From the NCBI GenBank assembly GCA_036172245.1, contig JAYWIR010000135.1, forward strand, positions 1 through 64,000: a DNA stretch of 64,000 nucleotides, in the 5' to 3' direction. This DNA comes from Raillietiella orientalis. Taxonomy: Eukaryota. The position numbers and the translations under genes are program-made. The notes under the pieces were generated by a model. That model saw only the letters and a list, made by a program, of their open reading frames with translations, was not told where the DNA came from and searched no databases. Positions 51,229 through 63,919 of this stretch are shown piece after piece (position 1 is the stretch's first letter; each line of letters opens with the position of its first letter).

Positions 51229-54200
51229 TGCCACACGGATACGCCGGGACGTTTATTAAAAACATTCAGACGATCAATACAGAAAGTGGTACAAGGCCCC
51301 ACTGACGGCCACGCAATACCGGAACTGCCGGTACACAGGGACGCAGCGCGGTGTGGCTCTCCTCGAGAGTGGAGGGGGATGAGGGAGAAAACAAAAATAA
51401 AATAAAAGAGAAAAGCAAACCACAAAAAAAAAAGTTTCGAGGGCCGGGAAGGGATCACAGAAAACTGCTGGGAGCGCCTATCCTCTGCAAGATGCCTTCT
51501 AGTTCTATTTTGAGTTTTCCTAGATTGGGCCATCGGGTAGCTCTCTGCAGGAAGCGAGAAGAATACTCGATGACGTCCCTCACGATGCATTCTTCATCCT
51601 CGGCATCACTCCAGGCCGCCAAGATACCGCGAATGCAGAAAAGTGCTGCCAGGGCTGCAGCTGGACTGAGGGCGTCCCGCACGAAGACAAGACTGAAGAC
51701 ACATCCAACATTGCCACCATCCGGTAACCGAAGAGCCGTTTTCAGACGATCCCATAGCATCTGGTCGGCAGTGCATTCAACTAAGAGGTGGGGAAGCGAC
51801 TCCCGCTCACTACACCTGGCACACGCAGGATTTACTCTTCTCCGCGTCCAGTGGAAGCGGCGCGCAATGCAGGGTAGACCCCAATGCAGCCACAGAAGCT
51901 CCGATTCTTGCCACTACAGGGGAAGAAACCTGGATCCAAGTAGAACCGGGGGCCACTTCAGGTCATCCAATCGAATGCCGAGCAGCTCGCCCCATCTTCT
52001 TAATCCACGCTGCTGGAGACTAGGGGTCGTTGCATCTGACAACTCTCCCATGGTCCAGCTGCTAATGATCTTCTCTCTGCCTGCGATACGGCAGCAGACT
52101 TGCCACCTTGCCTTCCTGCTTTCGTGAAGCGCCCTTTGGAGGAAGGGCATCGCCGTAACAAGGGGTGTGCCTTCCGCCCACGTGCAACTCGGTGGAAATT
52201 CAAGAATTTCACGGAGAGTTCGGCGGTCCTAAAAGGCGACTTGCAGGCAGTTCCTCCGTTCTTCGCACCTCTGGTTCCGCTTGGATCAGGTGCCAGTAGT
52301 CTCTTCCAGCCATGCGGAGGAGTTGGCAGGGCCACAAACCATCCAGTCGTTCTTATTTGCCAAAGTTGCCATGCGGCCGAGCAGTAGACCGCATCTTCGA
52401 ATCTTCCGGCCAGGGCACAGAAGAAACGGTGAGAGTCCTTCGCAGCGGGACACACGTCTGGCCAGGAGGGGGGCCGGAATGCACCAAGCGGTGCTTCACA
52501 TTTTTGCTGCGATGGCGAAGGTCCGCCATCGCAGCTGGATTTCCACGCGCTCCAGCGTCAGGACGTTGAGACCGCCGTCCCTACGCGGAGCGCACAATTC
52601 CTTCAAAGGGACTCGGGGCCTCTCCTTGCCCCAAAGAGCTATACGGAGGAGGTCCTTCGTCCGCTTTTTTGATTCCACGGGGGCGAGGCAAACAAAAAGC
52701 AAGGGGCATAGGATGAGGAGCGCCAAAGCGTTCCAAACCATGGCCCGTTCCGGCAAGTGAAACTTGCCTTCCAGGAACGGGCCGATCGCCGTCTCGACTT
52801 TTTCGAGGCAGCTGGACCACACTTACGCAGGTGAGAAGTCCCCCAACGGCACACCGAGGTACTTGATGCACCTCACCGTGGGGATCCCCAGACGGACCCA
52901 GTCCTGCTGCCCTGCCCACGTCGCTCCAACTGGCAACACTGACGACTTCGCCCTGTTAACCTGTAATCCGGCCCCACGGCTAAGCAGGTCGAAGAAATCT
53001 CCGACCGCCTTCGCCGGGTTGGACATAGGTAATACGAGCAGAAGATCGTCGGCATACGCCGCCACGGCTGGTGTGCCGGGGCACGAGCTCGCCAAGGAGG
53101 CCAATGTCACCCTGTACGCTCTCAGCACCAAATCAGCGTAGGTGCTAAAAAGCAGGGGATTGAGGCTGTCGCCCTGCCTTTTGCCCCGCCGCACCGGCAG
53201 GCCATACACCTTTTGTCCACTGAAAGTAATGGTGATTATCGCGTTTTTCTAGCAAGAGCGCAGGTAGGTAATCAAGGAGGGTGGAAAGCACATGCGGCCC
53301 AGGAGCTCCAAGAGGAGTTCCTGTTCAACACAGTCGAACGCCTTATGGAGATCGACTGCGAGTGCTAAGGCCCCCTTCCCCGCACGGGAGTCCATTCCCT
53401 GCTCTGCTGACGGCCCCAAAGTGGAGTTGCCGATTTTTCCTTTCCCTTCCTTTTGACACCTCTGCGCGTGCATCCATGTGCTCGCGAAGAGGTTTCCATC
53501 CATACTTCGCACGGGAACAGCATATGTCTGCTCCGGGCTAATTATGGATTCTGCCACCTGCCCCAGACGGGAAGCCCATAGCCCGGCAACCAACTTGGCG
53601 TACGTATTCACAATCGTGATTGGAGGCCAGTTGTTCAAATTCCTAAGGTTTCCCCCTTTCGGAAGGAGCCTTACTCTGGTTGACAGAAACGAGGCGGTAA
53701 CATCGCCTTCGTCTCGGATCAGCCTTGTCAGCTGTAGCGGCAGGGGTTCCAGCTCTTCCGCGAAGCTCTGATAGAACTCCGCGGGCAAGCCGTCTTCCCC
53801 TGGAGCTTTCCGGTTCTTAAGCCTTTTGATACCGGCGAGAATTTCGCCTATGGTAAAAGACTCATCGAGGCTTAACGACTCCTCCTCCCCTATTGCCGCG
53901 GCAGCATTCGGAAGCAAGAGCCGAGTGGCATCTTGATCCGGGGACGCCCTGGCTTAAATGGAGGAATAATAACTCCGCACGAGATGCCGTACCGACGCCG
54001 GGGACGAACATTCTTGGCCCTGGTCGTCCAGCAAGCTGGCAGACCCGGATTGCCAGGCTTGGCGTTCGGCCCCTGTGCGATACTCGGCCAGGCGACGGAC
54101 ATTAGGGATTCTCTCATACCCAAGAGCCTGTAGATAAACCCGATGGTTGCGTGGACCATCGCTGATTCCGGAAAGCAGGTGGTCCTGGGGGAACTGCTGG

Positions 54201-56846
54201 CAGAACTCCCGAAACGAGGCCTTAAAAGGGTCCCAATTCGTATGATTCTGGAGCGTGACGCCTCTGAGAAATTTGCGAAGGTGTTCCTTCGCAACTGAGA
54301 GTCGCGTCCAGTCCCCCGGAAGACGCCAATCGCTACATCACGGTCCCTTGTTGCGAGGCCGCATCTCGAAAATTTACCGGAAATGTTCCGACAACGTCGA
54401 CGCAACCCTCCCCCGTTTGCCGACCCGTGAACACAGGTCAGCGTCCAGGAAGACGTGGTCCATGCTGCGGACCATTCCCCTCTCACCCTCGAACAAGTTG
54501 CGCGCACGCATGGCGGCGCACAACTCTTTCAACGCGTTCACTTGTGTTTCCGGCTCACCTGTTAGCAGGCGGAGATTGAAATCTCCCGCTATCAGGTGAG
54601 CCTTCCGCACGCTCGTGTTCGCCAGCCAGTCGCGCTTTAGGGATTCTAGCAGCCTGGTACGGTTGCTGAATCCCTTTTGACAGGTTGGGGCGTACACATT
54701 CGTGACGATCAGATCGATCGAGTCGGACCAGCCGAGAGTCAGCTGACCGACCCGACCGTCGTCATTGAAGCGCACGCCCTTCACGGCAGCGTCAATGGCC
54801 GGCTTCACGAAGAACGCAACCCCGCAGGTGTAGCGGATGCCGCATTGCCAGTACAGCCGACATCCCGCGATCCTCTCGATCTCCTGAACGTCTACCTCGG
54901 TGATCACGTGGATCTCCTGCAACAGGGCCAGATCGAACTCCCGCAGGGTCTCGGCTGTATCACGCCTGTTACCGTCCTCGCACAGCCCGTTGACATTCCA
55001 ACAGGCCGCGCGAATCCGACGGCGGCTGCGAGCCCAGGTGTTACTCCTGGGAACATGGCATTGCGGCGTCCGCCAGATGCTGGGGCGGGACGCTAGGTAA
55101 AGGAGGGGGGTCAGGTGTTGAAGGCACCTGGTACCCCTCCTCCATAGGAGACTGTACGTCGAGCGGGTCACCCAAGGGTGGGGTCGCGCCTACCTGATCG
55201 CCCTCCTCCATAGGGGCGGACTGTTCAGGGTCGGCGCCTGCAGGGGGGACTTCACCCCCCTGTTCAGCCTCCTCAATGGGGGTGGCCGGATCGACGGCTT
55301 CCGAGCGTGGGAATTCCTCCTCCGAATTTCCCACGCTGGCGACGGCTTCCGTCTTCTCCTCCTCGCTGGTGGAGGGGAGGCGCCTCCTGGGCTTCTGAGA
55401 CTTGCGTCCCGACTGCCTGGGGAGTGCCTCCGAGGAGGAGGATGTACTTCCGGCCCCCAGGTCTTACTCACCTGTAGGGATTTTCTTCGCCGGAGCCGGC
55501 CTTCGCACGGCCTTCGCACGGCCTTCGCACGGCCTTCGCACGGCCTTCACACGGCCTTCGCACGGCCTTCGCACGGCCTTCGCACGGCCTTCGCACGGCA
55601 AACAGAAGGTTCGCCGTAACGAACCTCGGGCGCCTCGGAAACGTCAAGGGGAGGATCGTCGCTCCGGGTGGCAACCTCGGGAACGACGATTCGTTCCAGT
55701 GCCACCGTGCACTCGCGCAAAGTTTTCGAGCGCGGACTGGGTTCTTTCGGCCTACCGGCCGTCTTGCGCTCTCTGCTCTCCGCGGGTGGGAGTTTCTTTT
55801 GCTTTCTGGCCTCTACAAGCTGCCTTCCCTCTTCGCCTTCCACCGTTTCAGAAGGTTTATCCTCTGGCTTACGCACCGGAGGTTGTGGTGTTGGCAGATT
55901 GTGCTGGCCCTTTTCCACTTCAGGTCTAGAGACCTTTGAAGCGCGTTTCCCCTGCGCTTTTTTCGCGGCAGGGGGAACCGGGGTGGGGCGTTTGGGGCAC
56001 ACGCGCCGAACGTGGCCCTTCTCCCGCACAAATGGCATTGTATATTGGGACACCTTTTACGTAGGTGTTCCACGGTATCACAATGCCCGCAATACCGGGG
56101 CTTCATAACATATCACAGGGCGACGTTTTCTTGCGCCACCTGTAGTTCGTGGAGAAGCCCACAATTCTCCCTTACGATGACCAGCGCTGCAGCCTGCTTA
56201 CCAAAAAGGCTATTGAAGCCGTCGAAAATGGAGGGTTTCGGCCACACTGCGTGCACCTCAGCGTACTTTCGCAGTTACTCACCAACCGCTGACCGCGTCA
56301 TGCGGCTGGTGATGCCAGTCATGTGGACCACCACGGAGCGGTCCATTGATACTGGCAGGATCTTGCGGCCGTCTACGTTCAGCGGCGCATGGATTAAGCG
56401 GTGAGCCAAAGTGACATCTTTGCAGACCACCTCGACCCGCTGCCCGCCGCTGAGGACGGAGAGGCCGTCCTGATCCTTCTCAGTCACATTCGCGTCGTTC
56501 AACGCTTTGCTGTAGACGCGCGCTGTCCGGCAGTCGAACAAGTTGCCTACCTGGTACACAAGCGATGGCTTGTACCCGGAGTCCGTGTATGCGGCCATCT
56601 CCGCCATGGTTTCTGCGCTGGGCGCGGCCACAATGGCGCTCCATGTCGTCGGCGTGGCCGGGATGATTCCGGGGCGGCTGCCCCTGCTCCACTAGGCTCT
56701 GATGGCGAACTAACCTCCCCCACTCCCAGCTCCATCGCCGTGTCCTCTGGCGTCGTGGCCGTTGGACACCGACGATGTACACAAAACACCACAAACAAGA
56801 AAGCGCTTTCCTTCTACTCTTCGAGGAGTGAAGAAAGAACACGTCC
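51229..56846 (-). mobile_element. Full-length degenerate LINE copy E (~5.6 kb)
   Basis: 5' GGACGTGT at 56846; ORF1 to 55041 (CGHCDTVEHLRKRC); EN, RT, zinc finger; terminus AATAAACGTCCCGGCGTATCCGTGTG-GCA. No TSD found. Confidence 0.9.
55497..55599 (+). repeat. 11 bp tandem repeat (CGGCCTTCGCA) x ~9.4 within ORF1 of E
   Basis: Directly visible; one variant unit (CGGCCTTCACA). Confidence 0.97.
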
Positions 56847-56854
56847 TCTAACTG

Positions 56855-56992
56855 GCCTTGGAGGGGTCTGGCTGCAACGATGCAGCCATCTCCTCCGCCG
56901 CACGCTCGAGGGAGGCGTCATCGATCACGGTCTCGATGACGGACCCTTCCGCCGGTTCACTCCCCACGCTGTTGACATTTTCAACAGTGGGT
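56855..56992 (-). pseudogene. ORF1 fragment paralogous to 58063-58202
   Basis: PTVENVNSVGSEPAE..ERAAEE; about 11 mismatches in ~137 bp by eye. Confidence 0.85.
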
Positions 56993-59494
56993 TTGCCACC
57001 CGGATATGCCAAGGCATTTATTATTCTAATTTTCTACAAAAATTAGATAATAAAGTCTTTCAAACGTTAATTGTGGGAAACACTTGGATTTCCCACCTTG
57101 GTTGACGTGTCTGTTGCCGGTGCATAGACCGGTTAGGTCCATTCCCGAGGCGCATGGGAAGGGAAAACTAGAGCAAAAACAAACAAAAAGAGAGATAACA
57201 AGGAGGGAAACAGTTGTATGGGGAGAGGGGGGGGGCAAGGAAGGGATCACTGAGCGCCTGGGTCGGTGCTCCGCATCCTGTTCAGGATACATTCAAGTTC
57301 TGTTTTAACTCTGAAAGGTAGACGCCACCTTGTCGCCGTCTCTAAAGAGATCGTCGTCCACTGGATGGCTTCCCTGCATCTTGGGCTTCTTCTTCTGGCG
57401 TGCCACCTTTGCACAATGCCGCGCACGCAGCAGAGGACTGCTAGAGACGCAGCGGGGCGCAGGCCGTCACGCACAAAGAGGCGACGGTAAATTTCCTTAG
57501 GGTCGCCTACTGGAAGATGGAGGATTGGAGCTATTCTACTCCAGAGTCCATCCAGGGCGACACACTCGAGGGTGAGATGCGGGAAGGTTTCTCTTTTTCC
57601 GCACTCGACACAGCGGGCATCCACATTTCCCAGTGTCCAGTGAGACAGGCGTGCTCTGCTTAACAGTCCTCAGTGAATCTCTTCCCGGAATTACTGCCGG
57701 GAAGATGACGGTGTGGGGGAACCCGCCTCTTCCGAGGCGGGTGAGATGAGCATTAGGGTTTCAGCCTCCTCAGGCACCTTGGGTACCATTCCGGCATCAA
57801 CCCCCTCCATCTCCTCCGTGTCTGTGCGTGGTGGTCTCTCGGGTGACGATTCGCGGGATTCTCCCACGCTCATGGCACCCTCGCGGTCGGAAGTGATCTC
57901 CACGCCTTCGACCTGGAGAGGGGCTTTCCGGGGTTTGCTGGATTTCCTTCCAGCCTTCCGGCGGGGTGCCGCGGAGATGGAAACTTGGTTTCCGGCCTGC
58001 GCTTCGGGGTCGGAAGTTACAGACTCCTCGGTGGAGGCCGGACGCCTCACTGCCTTTTTGCCAGCCTTGAAGGGGTATGGCTGCAACGATGCAGCCACCT
58101 CCTCTGCCGCACGCTCTAAGGCGGGGTCATCGATCACGGTCTCGGTGACGGACGCTTCCGCCGGTTCGCTCCCCACGCTGTTGACATTTTCAACAGTGGG
58201 TTGCTCGTCGGTAGCAGCGATTTCTACCTTGCGGCGTTCGGCGTGGACGCGTTCCACGACGACACTGCATTCTTTTAAATTCTCGCTAACCTGCTGTTTT
58301 TTATTTTGGTAGGCGAGCTTTTTTTCGAATCTTCGTTCTTTCTTCGACATTTTTTTCTTTTTCGCTGTGACTTCTTGCCATTCCAACACCTGACCGCTTT
58401 TGTCAATCTTTTCGGCATTCGTTGCCGGGTTGTCGGCTGAGGCGTGGACCACGGGAGTGGGTGGCACAGCTTGAGTGGCAGCCTTCGCCGCCAGTTTTTT
58501 CTGTAGGAGCCGCGCGCGTTTTTTTAGGTTCCTCGCGGAAATCATGCGCACAGCGGATTGTGGACAGTTCCTTCGTGTGGCCCATTGTCCCGCATACTTG
58601 GCACTGTACGTTGAGGCACCTCCTTTTGAGGTGTCTCGACGTGTTGCAGAAGCAACAGTATTTGGGCTTCCCCACGTACCAGAGGTCGACGCTTTCTCCG
58701 CCGACCACCAGTTTGTGTGGAAGGGGAGAGTCCTCCCGAACGGTTACACGGGCAGCCGTGAGGCCGCACTAAACTGTGGTATTGTCCTCGAAAGGACTAG
58801 GCTTGTTCCATACTGCATGGACCGTGCCTTCTTTTCCCAACCCGACGCGTAACTGTTCTTTCCGCATCCGCGCGGTAACTCCTAAAAGGTGGACCACCAT
58901 ACTGTGGTCCGCCGTAACGAGAAGGAGCCTGCGTGTCCCCATTACCTCGAGAGTTTTAAGCAGACGTTGGGCCAGATCTGCATGTTTGCAGATCACCTCT
59001 ACGTACTGCCCCCCGCTACGAATGGTCATAGCGCAGAGCTCCTCTTCTTTAAGATCGAGAGCGCGCATCCCCTTCGAAAAGGCGCGCGCACTCTCAGCAG
59101 AATACAAATTTCCTACCTTGTAGAATAGTGATGCGTTATACCCCTTTTCCACATAGGCAGATAATTCCGCCGCGGCTGCAGGCGATGGCGCCGACACGAC
59201 GGCGCTCCACGCCCGCGCTGCAGCGGGGACCGGTTTTGGGGGGGCGGACGCCTTCACCTCCTTCTCCACTGAAGGCGACGTTGCCGCGGCCCCCTGGCAC
59301 TTCACCTTCTCCAGAGGCGACGTTGCTGCCGCCACCTGGCACTCTATTTCTTCAGGAGGCGACGTTGCCACCGCCCCCTGACACGTACTGGTGGTCGCGT
59401 CAGGCATTGCTGCCTGATCGACCACCACCACACACGAAGCCTACACCTAGGGACGGTTCTCGGCACGAGGAGCACCGAGGAAACCCGTCCGCTC
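56993..59494 (-). mobile_element. LINE G2: 5' end and ORF1 joined directly to the zinc finger and 3' UTR (EN and RT absent)
   Basis: 5' GAGCGGACGGG at 59494; ORF1 ends at 57691; jumps to H*GLLSRARL near 57675; G-type 3' UTR and terminus. Confidence 0.8.
59255..59385 (-). repeat. 42 bp coding repeat x3 (QGAAATSPxExxxC) in the ORF1 N-terminus
   Basis: QGAVATSPPEEIEC QVAAATSPLEKVKC QGAAATSPSVEKEV in ORF 58769-59431. Confidence 0.8.
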
Positions 59495-59501
59495 TAGCCG
59501 A

Positions 59502-59957
59502 CGTAAAGCCTTCGACTGCGTCGTCCAGGAGCTCTTTCTGGAGCTCCTGGAACGCTTGGAATTTCCGGCCGTCTTCCTGGCCTACCTGCGCTCCTCCTGG
59601 CGCTTTGCGTTCATCAATATTAATTTCAGCGGCCGGCAGGTGTTCGGCGTGCCGCTTCGTCGTGGTATCCGGCAGGGTGACAGCATCACCCCCTGCTCTT
59701 CAGGATCTACTTTGAGTTGGTGCTGAGAGCATACAGGGAGACTTTGGCAACCCTGCCGAGCTCGTGTCCCGGCACGCCTGCCGTGTCGGCCTATGCCGAC
59801 GATCTTCTGCTTCTTCTTCCCGTGTCCACCCCGGCATCGGCGCTCGAGGACTTCACCCAGTTGCTATACCGTGGGACAGGCCTCCAGGTAAGCAGGACGA
59901 AGTCGTCTTTGCTTTTCACCGACTCGACGAGGGCCGGACGGTCGGACTTGATTCGCT
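59502..59957 (+). pseudogene. RT core fragment (RKAFD to beyond YADD)
   Basis: CGTAAAGCCTTCGAC at the start; ORF 59717-59959 contains YADDLLLLLP. Confidence 0.88.
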
Positions 59958-60000
59958 GAGCTGGGTTTTGCTCAGGGAGCTGACCAAAAACGCGTGCGGC

Positions 60001-61130
60001 ACCGGCGAATGTTTGCCGCAGTTTGCGGGATTTTTACTTCTCTCTTTACGCCTAGAGGCCACCTGGGCGCCCTCTTGCGCAGCGTCTGCGGCCAGAGGGT
60101 GCTCCCGCGTTAAGGGAGGAGGAACGGCACACCTTCCAACTGGAATTTACGATGGCGGAGATTGTCTCCGCCATCAAGAATCTAAAAAAGAAGAAAGCAT
60201 CAGGGAAAGACGGCCTGCCAGCTGAATTCTATTAACACTTCGCGGCCGAGTTGGCTATCCTGGTGCTCAAATTCTGTTTGCTGATCCGTGAACGCGGGGA
60301 TGTCCCAAGCTCGTTCCGGTCAGTTAGAGTACGTCTCCTACCTAAGGGTGAAGGGTGAAGTGGCCCCCGGCGTCGTGGGATAATGGCACCCTTCCCCTGC
60401 AGTGGCAGGAGACGGCGTTGCTTCTGCTCCATTTGAGACTGTTAAGCAGAGCGCGCTTGTCTCACTGGACACAGGGGAGTGTGGATGCTAATTGTCCTGA
60501 CTGTGGGGAAAGAGGAACCTTTCCTCACTTGATTATTCAGTGCGTTGTCCTTCGCGATATGTGGGACCGACTCTCGTTGATCCTGAACATTCCGGTGGGA
60601 GACCAAAAACATCTATTCAGACGCCTCCTGAGGCGAGACGGCTTGCCAGCCTCCGGGTGCGTAGCAGTGCTCTGCTGCATACGCGGTTTCCTGGATAAGT
60701 GGACCGCGTCAAGGGGAGGAAGAACCATTCGGATTGCCATCCACTGGGCAGCGATCTCTTTGGAGAAAGCCTGTCGTTGGCGCCGACTTAATAAACATTT
60801 GCCGGCACTTGTTCAAATCCAAAACAGGATGCAAAGGCCTCCTCACGGCGCATTGTGATCTCCTCCCTCCCACCCCATCCCCAAAAAACATTGCCCTCCA
60901 TACGTTATTCTTTGTTTTTTGTTTTATTTTTATTTTCCCCGTCCCGGCGCTAGTGAGAAGGACCATATGGGCCTCCGGGACATTTAACGACAAGTGCAAC
61001 AACACGACGATAAACTTCTGAATGTCCTAAAGAAGAAAATTAACTTTGTTTAAAAATTTAGAACTTATTATGAAATTTTTGTATTCTTAAAAATTTTAAT
61101 AATGAAAGCTTTGGCTTACCCGGGTAATAA
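60001..61130 (+). mobile_element. LINE copy A2: linker to VRLLPKG fused to VKWPP, zinc finger and 3' UTR (RT core missing)
   Basis: 3' part homologous to 2690-3454; terminus AATGAAAGCTTTGGCTTACCCGGGTA-ATAA. Confidence 0.82.
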
Positions 61131-63893
61131 ACCTGCGCTGGAGATGAGTGCTCCTGGCCTTCTTCGTCCAGTAAGCAGGCAGACCCGGATTGTCAGGCCT
61201 GCCTCTCAGCTGCAGCCTTGAACTCCGCCAGGCGACGGACATCGGGCTTGTTAGAGAAACTTCGGGTGTGGAGATAGTTTCGGTCGTTCCTCAAGCCTTC
61301 GCCAAATCCTGGAAGAAGTTGATAAAGGGGAAACTCGTCGCAGAACTCTCGGACTGAGCGTTTTATTTTGTCCCAGTCAGCGAGAGTCCGCAATTCGCAA
61401 CTACGCAGGAATGCGCGCAGATGTTCGCGCGCTCCTGCGAGTCGCAACCAGTCCCCGGCAGGCGCCACGCTTCAGAGGGTGGACCTTTGTCGCGCAGATG
61501 AATGTTGATCACTAGCCGAGGGTGATCGGACAGCTCCGACGCAATTGCTCCTCGAGTCCCCACCCGCGTACACAGGTGGCTATCGAGGAACACGTAATCG
61601 ATTCTGCGTCACACGTCGGCTTCATTAGCCAACAAGTTGCACGCGTGCATCGACGCACACAACACGTTGACCAGTTGTGCTCTTATGTCGGGCGCTTCCG
61701 ACAGCAGGCGGACGTTGAAGTCTCCCGCTATCAGGTGCACCCGCCGCACGCCTGCTTCGGCCAACCAGTCTCGCCGCAGGGCTTCGAAGAACGCAGTGCG
61801 TTATACGCGCCTGTGGCTGCTGTAGGGCGCGTATACGTTCGTGACCACGAGGTCGATCGAGTCGCACCACTTTAGAACAAGTTGCCCAACTCGTCCTTTC
61901 TCGTCGAACTGTAAACTGCGCACTGCCTTTGCGACGACTGGCTTCAGCAGGAAGGCCACTCGGCGAGAGTGGTCTCCACCGGATCGCCAAAGTAGCCTTC
62001 CTCCCGTGAGCCTCTCGATCTCCTGGACGTCCTCTCCCCTGAGGGCGTGAACCTCTTGGAGAAGTGCCAGATCGAAAGGTCTCAGGGTGTCGGCCACGCT
62101 ACGTCTCTTGCTTTCGCTACGCAGCCCGTTGACATTCCAACAGGCTATACGCAGTTGCCAGCAAGAGGCGATTTCACGCATCATGCTAATGATGGTGGTG
62201 GCGATTGTGTAGCCGCCTCTTGTTCGGGAAGCGTCTGGTCGATGTCCACTTGCATGGAAGGCGTTTCCGTAACGACCGGTACGTCGGCAGCCGGATTGAG
62301 GTGAATCGGAAGATCGGAACGAGCGGTTTCCACGGAGGGATCCCGCGACCTCGCGGGCATCGCCTCCTCGCTACCCGAGCGCATTTCCTCCTCCACAGCC
62401 TGAGGGGGAGCGACGCGCATAGGGTTGCGGGACTTCCGGCCCGCCTTCCTCTTCGGGAGGGCGACGGTAAGAGCGTTTCCGGCTTCCGCCTCGGAATCGG
62501 AAGTTTCCGGTCCTTTGGCTTCCGCCGGACGTCTAACGGCCTTCTTTGCAGCCTTAGGCGGCTGCATTAAAAGGTGGCCGCGAGCTCCTCCGCCGCCTTC
62601 GCGAAGTTTTTCTCGTCGCTGCTGCTGGCGTTCTTGTTGCAGGATTCCTACGGCGGTTCCGCGGCGTTCGCGAGGGTTGCGGGAGTCGCGTTTGCCGATC
62701 GACGTTCGATCGACGGAACGCGCTCGATGTTAACGCGGCATTCCTTTATTATTTCGCGCGTCGTGATTTTTGTTTTGCCGTTCGCGGTTTTTTTCGGTTT
62801 GCTCGGGTTCTGTTTTAAAGATTTTTTGTGTTTTTCGTTATTGGGATTTTGATTCTTAGTTTTTTTGGTTGCCACTAGTTTCCAGTTTTCCTCGCCGATG
62901 GTTGGTTCAGAAGTCTCCTTTTGATTCTCTTGTTCCTTTTGTTCGGCTTGTTCTGAGTTTGGCTGTTTGTCGCTCTTTGCTCTTTTTTTTCTGCCTTCTT
63001 TCCTTTTTTTGAAATAGGGGTTTCAGGCGTTGTAGCGGCGTTTTCCGGACACAAAACGCTTGTGTGGCACTTAGCGCCGCACGTTGGGCATGTGGCGTCC
63101 GGGCATCTCTTTTTAAGATGATTAAACGTGTTGCACAGCCCGCAGTATTCTTGTGTCCCTACGTACTAGAGATCAACGAGCTCGTGGTTAATCTCCAGCT
63201 TATGGGGAATTTGGATGTTTTCGCGGAGTGTCAAGCGAGCGGCAAGTCGCCCACTAAATGTTTCTCTATATGTGAAGGCGTTGGGCTTCTTCCACATCGC
63301 GTAAATCTCTGCGAACTTGTTAATTTCAGTGCGGATGGCTTCGTCGCTCATCCGCATCGTTGTTCCTGTTAGGTGAATTACTATCAAATGATCCACCGTG
63401 TGTGTGTGGAGATTCCACCCTTCAAAGGGAACAAGCGTTTAGAGCAGTTTGTGCGTGAACGCTGCATCTCTGCAGATGAGCTCCGCAAACTGCCCTTCGC
63501 TCCGTACCGAGAAGCACAGAATCTCCTCCTCTGTAATGCCCATCCTACAAATGGCGTTTCCAAATTTCCGCGTAGTTAGCGGTGAGTATAAATTCTTTAC
63601 CTTGTACAGCAGGGCTGAATTGTAGCCTTCTTTGATGTAGGCTTGCACTTCTGCAGCCGTGTCTTTCGGAGCCGCCGTGGCCACTTTATTCCAAGCCCTA
63701 TCCGGGTTGGCTGGGGCTGATTTTGTGGTGGGGCATGACCCCACCTCCATAGGTTGGGGAGACGTGGGTCTCACGCTTCCCGTCGCAGGTGTTGCTGCGT
63801 CTCCAGGCATTTCTGCCTTCGAACGGCCGCACTTCCACCCACGAAAACTTCTTCGTAGGTTACGCTCGCGGGAGCTCACCAAAAACGCGTGCG
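61131..63893 (-). mobile_element. 5' half of LINE subfamily F (5' UTR, ORF1 63810-62186, endonuclease from 62184)
   Basis: YNSALLYKV, PHKLEIN..VDL, CGLCNTFNHLKRRC knuckle; WNVNGL, GDFN, SDH; cut at SSPAQV by A2. Confidence 0.9.
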
Positions 63894-63919
63894 ACCACAA
63901 CGAAGGTGGGCCGCATCGT

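Noticed and set aside
51210..56870. TSD around full-length copy E
   Set aside because: The two flanks do not match: F linker on one side and an ORF1 fragment on the other.
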